A DNA stretch of 64,000 nucleotides from an uncultured Candidatus Saccharibacteria bacterium (GTDB lineage: Bacteria > Patescibacteriota > Minisyncoccia > Phycocordibacterales > DSPV01), in contig CAZTXT010000001.1 in NCBI GenBank assembly GCA_964617735.1, positions 138,338-202,337 on the forward strand, given 5' to 3'. A program made the translations under genes and the position numbers. Positions 56,296-64,000 of this stretch are shown here, one piece after another. The notes below the pieces were generated by a model that searched no databases, was not told where the DNA came from, and saw only the letters and a list, made by a program, of their open reading frames with translations. Each line of letters starts with the position of its first letter. Positions within the stretch are counted from its first letter, which is position 1.

Positions 56296-56790
56296 TCAAA
56301 TGGAAGTGGGTTGTATCGAGCAGTCGAGGATCTGTGTGCGATCTTTATCGAACGTAAGGCTGCACATGATCTTTTCTCCCACAAGCACGTGGGGAAGATA
56401 TCGCTGTTCTTCGTTCGCCATGTTCTCATAGGGGACATTTTGGAATGAGAACCACATCGGATTCCCCATAGCCAACGTCCTTTTGGGCCTTCCCATCCAG
56501 TGGCGGCAGGTAAGCACGTGTAGTTTGAGAAATGGCCTCCCATCCTCTTCCCGATGCTCGACCACCGCCTGTCGCCGCATATGTTTGATTTCTGCGGCGA
56601 TGCCGCCTTTTTCTGCAAGCGCTCGCAGCGCGCCGTGCTCCGGTTTCTCATTTGGTGATATCGGCAGGCGATACCCGACCCATAGTCCCTCGTGCTGACC
56701 CTGCAGATTGTAGGCGAGGGCAACCTCTTGTCTTTGTTTCTTGATGCGTATGAGGAAAACCAGTACTTCGTGAGTTATTTGTTTATTCAT
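56296..56790 (-). CDS. Degenerate NUDIX-fold protein (cassette)
   Basis: NEKPEHGALRALAEKGGI resembles an eroded Nudix box; PMWF...VPYENM resembles MTH1-type 8-oxo-dGTPases; own TTGCGC-17-TAGAGT promoter and terminator. Confidence 0.6.
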   Translation of the reverse strand: MNKQITHEVLVFLIRIKKQRQEVALAYNLQGQHEGLWVGYRLPISPNEKPEHGALRALAEKGGIAAEIKHMRRQAVVEHREEDGRPFLKLHVLTCRHWMGRPKRTLAMGNPMWFSFQNVPYENMANEEQRYLPHVLVGEKIMCSLTFDKDRTQILDCSIQPTSI

Positions 56791-56895
56791 AAGGTGCAAG
56801 TTTCTGTGCGGCACTCTACACCTTTTCCCTGTATGCGCAAGTATTACAAAAGCCGCCTTAAAATTTTAAGGCGGCTTTTGCTTTGTTTTTTATTT

Positions 56896-57138
56896 TTATA
56901 TAACGCCGGCTTTCTTGAGGGTCGCGTAGGCGCCGTTCTTCTGTATCGTTTTGAGTGCCTTGGTGGAAATAGTGAGTGTTAGGAATTTCTTGAGCTCCGG
57001 CACGTAGATACGCTTTTTCTGCAAATTCGAATACTTCCGGACCATGCCAGTCGGATTGAACTGGGTCGCGCGCGTCCGGTTGCTGTAGCCACCGCCGCGT
57101 ACCGAGCCTTTTTTGAGGATTGGGCAGACTTTTGACAT
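56896..57138 (-). CDS. rpmB: 50S ribosomal protein L28
   Basis: MSKVCPIL...YSNLQKKRIYVPEL...ISTKALKTI. Confidence 0.92.
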   Translation of the reverse strand: MSKVCPILKKGSVRGGGYSNRTRATQFNPTGMVRKYSNLQKKRIYVPELKKFLTLTISTKALKTIQKNGAYATLKKAGVI

Positions 57139-57257
57139 GTGTTTGTTGTGAAAAGTTGTCGGGTAGTGCACCAAAACCAACACAAAGCACTACCCGACGG
57201 TGCATGGACCCAAGGAGGTTTGGGATGCAGGCGCTATGCTATCATAAGAACTCACCT

Positions 57258-57887
57258 ATGCCAAGTACCAGTGCACTCGATGTCATCTTTTCGGTTGCGG
57301 TTTTGATCATGTCCGTTGTGGTGCATGAGGTCTCCCACGGTTATGCTGCATACCTTCAGGGCGATCCCACGGCGCGCCTGCAGGGCAGGCTGACCCTCAA
57401 TCCTCTCAAACACCTCGATCCGATGGGCTCGATCGTTATCCCCCTGGTTTCTTATGCCCTTGGAGGTTTTATCATCGGGTGGGCGAAGCCCGTTCCCTTT
57501 AACCCTTACAACCTGCGCAATCAACGCTGGGGCGAACTTCTCGTCGCGATTGCCGGGCCGATCTCGAATTTCTCCATCGCTCTCGTTTTTGCGCTTCTCA
57601 TCCGACTTTCCGTCGGATACGCGATTTTGCCGCTATCTTTTACCACTATCGCTGCTACGGTCGTTTTGGTGAATTTGATGCTTGCTGTTTTCAATCTGAT
57701 ACCAATCCCACCGCTCGACGGCTCAAAGATCCTCTTTAGCGTGCTCCCACTGCATCTGCGCGGGGTACGCGTATTTCTGGAGCGCTACGCACTCCTCCTC
57801 GCGCTGCTCTTTATTTTGGTCTTCTGGCGTTTTCTGTTCCCGATCGTCCTGTGGCTCTTCGTCCTTTTGACCGGTCTGAATCTCTAG
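57258..57887 (+). CDS. Site-2 protease (M50 family)
   Basis: HEVSH, GDPTA, TLNPLKHLD, AGPISN, FNLIPIPPLDG. Confidence 0.94.
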   Translation: MPSTSALDVIFSVAVLIMSVVVHEVSHGYAAYLQGDPTARLQGRLTLNPLKHLDPMGSIVIPLVSYALGGFIIGWAKPVPFNPYNLRNQRWGELLVAIAGPISNFSIALVFALLIRLSVGYAILPLSFTTIAATVVLVNLMLAVFNLIPIPPLDGSKILFSVLPLHLRGVRVFLERYALLLALLFILVFWRFLFPIVLWLFVLLTGLNL

Positions 57888-57954
57888 CTTATTTGCCTAT
57901 TCTCCGTATCCCTGCTAATATCTTTTTCTGCTTGTAACTACTGCAAGCGAACGA

Positions 57955-58395
57955 ATGCCGACGATCAATCAACTCATAAAACGAAAACGCCGGAGCCTTG
58001 CGCGCAAACCGAAATCTATCGCATTGCGTCGCAGTTTCAACGTGATCAAAAACCGGCCGAAATTCTTTCCGGCACCTTTCAAGCGCGGCGTTTGCACTAA
58101 AGTGACCACAAAGACGCCCAAAAAACCGAACTCGGCTATCCGCAAGATCGCGCGCGTCCGCTTGACCAATGGCATGGAAGTCACCGCCTACATTCCCGGT
58201 ATCGGCCACAACCTCCAGGAGCACTCGGTAGTTCTTTTGCGCGGCGGTCGCGTTAAGGATGTTGGTCTTCGCTATCAGATCGTCCGTGGCAAGCTCGATG
58301 CGGGAGGCGTTGACGGGCGCAAGAAGGGTCGTAGTCAGTACGGAGCGAAAGCAGGAAAGCGTGCTGCTCAAGCGGCAACCCCGGCATCATCATAG
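57955..58395 (+). CDS. rpsL: 30S ribosomal protein S12
   Basis: [21 protein letters not shown]. Confidence 0.99.
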   Translation: MPTINQLIKRKRRSLARKPKSIALRRSFNVIKNRPKFFPAPFKRGVCTKVTTKTPKKPNSAIRKIARVRLTNGMEVTAYIPGIGHNLQEHSVVLLRGGRVKDVGLRYQIVRGKLDAGGVDGRKKGRSQYGAKAGKRAAQAATPASS

Positions 58396-58405
58396 TTAGC
58401 TAGAC

Positions 58406-58873
58406 ATGCGACGCAAACTCAAAAAGAAACCGATCATTGAGCCCGATCTTCTGTACAACTCCGAGCGAGTCTCGAAGTTCGTGAACTATTGTATGGGTAA
58501 GGGAAAGAAGAACACCGCTCGTGAGGTGGTATATGACGCACTCAAGGTGATTAAAGAAAAGACCAAGACCGAGCCGCTCGAAGTTTTTGACGCGGCTCTA
58601 CGCAACACGGCCCCGAATATGGAAGTCCGTTCGCGCCGCGTCGGCGGTGCCAACTACCAAGTTCCCATTGAGGTTCGCCCCGAGCGGCGCTCGGCGCTTT
58701 CAATGAAATGGATCATCGACGCGGCGCGCTCGAAGAAAGGCAAGCCGATGCATATCAAACTCGCCGATGAACTCATCGCCGCCTCAAAGAACGAAGGCGA
58801 GGCGGTCAAGAAACGCGAGAACGTGCACAAGATGGCCGAGGCCAACAAGGCCTTTGCCCACTTTGCTTGGTAG
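58406..58873 (+). CDS. rpsG: 30S ribosomal protein S7
   Basis: EVRSRRVGGANYQVP, HKMAEANKAFAHF. Confidence 0.99.
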   Translation: MRRKLKKKPIIEPDLLYNSERVSKFVNYCMGKGKKNTAREVVYDALKVIKEKTKTEPLEVFDAALRNTAPNMEVRSRRVGGANYQVPIEVRPERRSALSMKWIIDAARSKKGKPMHIKLADELIAASKNEGEAVKKRENVHKMAEANKAFAHFAW

Positions 58874-58894
58874 CCTGGTGTATATTAGGATTGC

Positions 58895-58920
58895 AATAAC
58901 CGCCAATTGGCGGTTATTTT
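58895..58920 (+). terminator. Perfect palindrome/terminator after rpsG
   Basis: AATAACCGCCAATTGGCGGTTATT followed by T's. Confidence 0.7.
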
Positions 58921-58942
58921 ATTGTATGTATACTTAAAAGTT

Positions 58943-59419
58943 ATGAAGCACGTTTGGAAAATGTGGCGTCTGATGATTTTTATATCAACACTCCAACCTC
59001 TTTATGCCAGAGCAGGCACAAGGTTCACTGACGAACCGTCTTTAAGGGAGGAAGAAATAATTAGTAGAGCTTTGTTGAGGAGCGGCCAATCAATTGAAGT
59101 CGCGAGACATCACGTAGCCTTGCAGTATTCGAAGAACCGAGATCCCAACAGTATTAATGAAACTCAGGATCTAATTGATGATTGCATTGCCTCAGGGTTT
59201 CTCAATGTCCATGAACTTGAGGGTGTTCGTGATGGAGTTTTTTTATCCATATCGCCTGAAGGCAGGAAATTTTTGAGCTTCTCCTATTTTTTAAGATTTC
59301 TGTTTTCTGAACTGGAAGTCGTCTTTCGTTGGTGGTATACGGTTTTTACTTTCATTCTTGGACTCTTATTTAAGGATCTGTATCAGATAATGATCGCACT
59401 TTTTTCTAAATTATTTTGA
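58943..59419 (+). CDS. AT-rich hypothetical protein with C-terminal TM, inserted in the str operon
   Basis: TATACT 8 nt before ATG; winged-helix-like [11 protein letters not shown]; C-terminal hydrophobic segment. Confidence 0.6.
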   Translation: MKHVWKMWRLMIFISTLQPLYARAGTRFTDEPSLREEEIISRALLRSGQSIEVARHHVALQYSKNRDPNSINETQDLIDDCIASGFLNVHELEGVRDGVFLSISPEGRKFLSFSYFLRFLFSELEVVFRWWYTVFTFILGLLFKDLYQIMIALFSKLF

Positions 59420-59501
59420 AACAAATCCCTGTCGACTTTGCTTTTCCCGACAAGTTCATGTATTCTACAGAAACGCTTTCAGGCGGATTTTTTATTCTCA
59501 A

Positions 59502-61643
59502 ATGAATCGCGACTATCCATTAGAAAAAGTCAGGAATTTCGGAATTATCGCACATATCGATGCGGGGAAGACCACCACATCTGAGCGTATTCTTTTTTAC
59601 ACAGGTATGACGCACAAGATCGGCGAGGTGCACGAAGGCGACACCGTGACCGACTGGATGGAGCAGGAGCGCGAGCGTGGCATTACCATCACGGCGGCCG
59701 CCATCACCTGCTTCTGGAACCCCACCTACATGGGCTCGGATACTTCGAAAAAGTGCCGATTCAATATCATTGATACTCCGGGACATATCGATTTTACCGT
59801 TGAAGTAAAGCGCTCTTTGCGTGTTCTCGACGGAGCGGTCGTCGTATTCGACGGCGTTGCGGGCGTTGAGCCGCAATCGGAGACGAACTGGCGCTATGCC
59901 GACGAAGGGCAGGTGCCGCGTCTTTGTTTCATCAATAAAATGGACCGCATGGGCGCGTCGTTCGAGAATTCCTACAAGTCCATTTTGGAGCGCCTCAACA
60001 AAAACGCCGTCCGCTTCCAGATGCCGATCGGCCTTGAAGAGCATCACGAAGGCGTTATCGACCTTCTGCGTATGAAGGCCTACCAATTCGAAGGTTCGAT
60101 GGGAGAGCGGGTACTAGAGATTGATATCCCGGCTGATCAGATGGAGGAAGCGAAGAAGTATCATCACGAACTGGTAGAAAAGATCGTCGAGCACGACGAT
60201 GCGCAAATGCACGCGTATCTTGAAGGCAAGGAGATTCCCCTCGAAGAGCTTAAAAAGACCGTGCGCAAAGCAGTGGTCGCGAACAAGATGTTCCCGGTAT
60301 TCACGGGCTCCGCGCTCAAGAACAAGGGCGTCCAGCTGGTGCTTGATGCCGTCGTTGATTATCTTCCCTCGCCGCTTGATATTCCCTCGATAAAAGGTAT
60401 CGATCCGCGGACGGGAGAGCCGCTCGAACGGCATTCTTCGGACAGCGAGCCGTTCTCGGCGCTGGTCTTCAAATTGCAAACCGATCCCTTCGTCGGCCAG
60501 CTCAACTTCTTCCGCGTCTATTCAGGGGCTGTCGAGGCGGGTTCATATGTATACAATGCGACGACGGGGAAGAAAGAGCGGCTCTCCCGCATCGTCCGTT
60601 TGCAGGCCAATCAGCGCGAAGAGGTCAAGAAAGTATTTGCAGGAGAGATCGCGGCGGCTGTTGGCCTCAAAGAAGCGAAAACATCGCATACCCTCTGCGA
60701 CGAGGACAAACCGATCATCCTCGACCCCATCAAGTTTATGGAGCCGGTCATTAGCTTGCGCATCGAGCCGAAAACGAAAGCGGACCAGGAGAAAATGGGC
60801 ATGGCGCTCAAACGCCTCTCTGACGAAGACCCGACATTCCGCATTTCTTCGAACCAGGAAACCGGCGAGACCATCATTTCCGGCATGGGAGAGCTCCATC
60901 TCGAGATCATGGTGGATCGCATGAAGCGCGAATTTTCCGTAGAAGCCAATGTCGGCAAACCGCAGGTAGCCTATAAAGAGACTATCCTCGGTGAAGCGGA
61001 GGCGGAACATAAATACATCAAGCAGACAGGAGGCCGGGGCCAATACGGCCACGTCAAGCTCACCCTGCGCCCCATGAAACCGGTTGAGGAAGGCGCAAAA
61101 ATCCCCAAGAACGTCAAGCGCTATGAGCATTTCGAGTTCATTGATTCGATCAAGGGAGGGGTTATCCCGCAGGAGTTTATTCCGGCTGTCGAAAAAGGCG
61201 TCAAAGAAGCCACCGAGCGCGGTATTTTGGCCGGATTCCCGGTCGTTGATGTCTCCTGTGAACTCACCTTTGGTTCGTACCATGACGTCGACTCATCCGA
61301 GATCGCCTACAAGATCGCGGGCTCACAGGCATTCCAGGACGCAGCCAAGCGCGCGAAGCCGGTGCTTCTCGAACCTATCATGAAAATAGAAGTCGTGGTG
61401 CCCGATAAATTCGTCGGCGATGTAACCGGACACCTGTCTTCCAAGCGTGCGTCCATCGAAGATGTTGGCGAGCGCGGAATGAACAAAGTCGTCTCGGCAA
61501 AAGTGCCGCTGGCGGAGATGTTCGGATACACGACGGCCCTGCGCTCGATGACCGAAGGCCGCGGTTCTTCGACGATGGAGTTCGATCACTACGAAGTGGT
61601 ACCGAAGAATGTGGCGGATGAGATCATTGCCGCGAAGAAATAG
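59502..61643 (+). CDS. fusA: Elongation factor G
   Basis: [30 protein letters not shown]. Confidence 0.99.
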   Translation: MNRDYPLEKVRNFGIIAHIDAGKTTTSERILFYTGMTHKIGEVHEGDTVTDWMEQERERGITITAAAITCFWNPTYMGSDTSKKCRFNIIDTPGHIDFTVEVKRSLRVLDGAVVVFDGVAGVEPQSETNWRYADEGQVPRLCFINKMDRMGASFENSYKSILERLNKNAVRFQMPIGLEEHHEGVIDLLRMKAYQFEGSMGERVLEIDIPADQMEEAKKYHHELVEKIVEHDDAQMHAYLEGKEIPLEELKKTVRKAVVANKMFPVFTGSALKNKGVQLVLDAVVDYLPSPLDIPSIKGIDPRTGEPLERHSSDSEPFSALVFKLQTDPFVGQLNFFRVYSGAVEAGSYVYNATTGKKERLSRIVRLQANQREEVKKVFAGEIAAAVGLKEAKTSHTLCDEDKPIILDPIKFMEPVISLRIEPKTKADQEKMGMALKRLSDEDPTFRISSNQETGETIISGMGELHLEIMVDRMKREFSVEANVGKPQVAYKETILGEAEAEHKYIKQTGGRGQYGHVKLTLRPMKPVEEGAKIPKNVKRYEHFEFIDSIKGGVIPQEFIPAVEKGVKEATERGILAGFPVVDVSCELTFGSYHDVDSSEIAYKIAGSQAFQDAAKRAKPVLLEPIMKIEVVVPDKFVGDVTGHLSSKRASIEDVGERGMNKVVSAKVPLAEMFGYTTALRSMTEGRGSSTMEFDHYEVVPKNVADEIIAAKK

Positions 61644-61858
61644 ACGCTGCCAGCTTCCATAAGGGTAGGGAGGGCGGCGCTCGTCGCCTGTGGATAACTT
61701 TCTTGCATTGAGGTCAAGTCGATTGTACACTTCTTCTTGCAGGTTTCCGACCTGCAAGAAATAAAAGACTTCTCAAAAATGGCCGAATGGCACACAAGTG
61801 CCAGTCGGTTTTTTATTTTTGAGATGTTTTTTGTTATTAATCGTTAACTATTAATCAC

Positions 61859-62848
61859 ATGGATTTTCTTTTCAAGGATCTTGAGGAAGTTGCAGGAGAC
61901 CTTTCAGCGTCGTTCGACCAAGCGGTCAATGAAGCGGAAACACTCTGCCGGCTCGAGATCAAAGACCGACATCTCGAGGAGTTCGCCGGATCGATGGCGG
62001 TGATGCTTTTAGGATTGTTCTCGGTCGCGGCGTATGGGTTCCCGCCTTCGTACACCTCCTCGTCGGCTGCAGCAGCAGTGATTGAGACACAACTCTCACC
62101 CTCAAGCACTCAAACCGTAGAGGCCTTGGAAGCGAGGATCCACGAGCTTCAAACAAAGATCGCCCAGATCAAGCTCAATGCGAATTCTCTGGAGGCGGCT
62201 CAACATCCTCCCCAAATGGAGAATTCGCTTAAAAAACCCGGATTTGTCTGCCGCACCTTTCATGACGACCTATCGCTTGGCGCTCATGGCGAAGACATCG
62301 CGGCGCTCAATCTGATGCTCGGAAACGGCGGCATCAAGACGGGGACCAGCAGCGACTCCACCTTTAGTGAGGATACTGCTGCCCGCGTCGTCCAATTCCA
62401 GAGAGAGCACGGCATCCGCCAGACGGGTGTCGTAGGCCCGGCCACGCGCGCCAAACTCAATGAATTCGCCGCCTGTGTAACGGAGAGGAGCCATGCTACC
62501 TCGACTCCACCAGGGGCATTCCCCGATTCTGTGAAGAAACCAGAACACCCTGACGGTTACCTCCAGCCCACTTCCTCATCAGCGGTGATGGTGAAGCTCT
62601 ATGCGAAGCCTACCGTTGTGGTCTCTGAAGGAAGTTCGGGCACGGTTACTCTCTATTGGGGGTCTCGGAATGCTACCGTCTGTCACTTCGAAAAGGCCGA
62701 GTTGCCGACATCGGGGAGCATAAAAGTATCGATCACTAAGACTGCTACGTTCACGATATCGTGCACCGGCTCGTCGGGAAGCGCCGTGTCGAACGCGGTA
62801 ACCGTTGGCTTCAAACATGTTGACTCGACGCAATCGGCACCCCAATAA
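61859..62848 (+). CDS. Membrane-anchored peptidoglycan-binding domain protein
   Basis: FHDDLSLGAHGEDIAALNLML...FSEDTAARVVQFQREHGI..TGVVGPATRAKLN; C-terminal Ig-like domain. Confidence 0.8.
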   Translation: MDFLFKDLEEVAGDLSASFDQAVNEAETLCRLEIKDRHLEEFAGSMAVMLLGLFSVAAYGFPPSYTSSSAAAAVIETQLSPSSTQTVEALEARIHELQTKIAQIKLNANSLEAAQHPPQMENSLKKPGFVCRTFHDDLSLGAHGEDIAALNLMLGNGGIKTGTSSDSTFSEDTAARVVQFQREHGIRQTGVVGPATRAKLNEFAACVTERSHATSTPPGAFPDSVKKPEHPDGYLQPTSSSAVMVKLYAKPTVVVSEGSSGTVTLYWGSRNATVCHFEKAELPTSGSIKVSITKTATFTISCTGSSGSAVSNAVTVGFKHVDSTQSAPQ

Positions 62849-62929
62849 CCATCAAAAACAAATGAAATGAACGAAACAAAACTTCTCTGTCCACCACAAG
62901 CCTACCTTATGCTTGCGGCTCCGACAGCG

Positions 62930-62957
62930 CAAAAATCCCCCTACTGGGGGATTTTTG
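62930..62957 (+). terminator. Intrinsic terminator
   Basis: CAAAAATCCCCC-TACT-GGGGGATTTTTG. Confidence 0.8.
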
Positions 62958-63145
62958 CTTCTCCGCACTTCTATATTGCGTGAAAGCTGACCTTCTGGTA
63001 TCATCGTTTCTACCGTTTACGCTTTTCCCCGCTTAGGGCGGAGGGTTAAATGTGTTCGCGGAGTTTAGCAGTTGCGTATCCGTGCGAATTGAGGAAAAGT
63101 TTTCGCGCCCTCAATTCACGCTGATACCTAATATTTTTAGAAACC

Positions 63146-64000
<855 letters not shown>

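Noticed and set aside
61689-61698. Isolated DnaA box TGTGGATAA after fusA (near-matches at about 1505, 2544 and 23281)
   Set aside because: Single boxes without clustering are insufficient for an origin; at most promoter-level regulation.

Overview
A gene-dense chromosomal segment (standard code 11) with the hallmarks of a Patescibacteria/CPR (Parcubacteria-like) genome: a PPIase-less trigger factor, Fe-S-free Nth and MutY, a K+-independent H+-PPase, a type IV pilus/competence gene set, and many secreted Ig-like or peptidoglycan-binding proteins. It carries housekeeping genes (rsmA, pcrA, comM, pnp, rpsO, xer, xth, cca, hup, rny, clpP, rsmE, tig, hppA, nusA, tpiA, pgk, recJ, rnhA, comEC, sod, rpmB, rpsL, rpsG, fusA, partial tuf) and four tRNAs. 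I found no CRISPR array, rRNA, prophage or transposase. The most notable unexplained signals are these. (1) An AT-rich 2.3 kb zone (about 16960-19250) holds eight perfect copies of a 9-mer, TAAAGGACA, interleaved with DnaA boxes and four parS-like palindromes, some embedded in the cca coding sequence; this is a candidate oriC/partition region with an unknown binding site. (2) Gene expression appears two-tiered: many core genes look leaderless, while about ten stand-alone ORFan cassettes have full promoters, usually an SD, and terminators, and three of these share a fixed-spacing leader motif. (3) The 3' end of tRNA-Pro is duplicated around a structured insert. (4) A tandem MazG/Zn-ribbon gene is frameshifted. 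(5) One secreted protein carries a Verrucomicrobia-type C-terminal domain. Family assignments come from motif recognition, not database searches.
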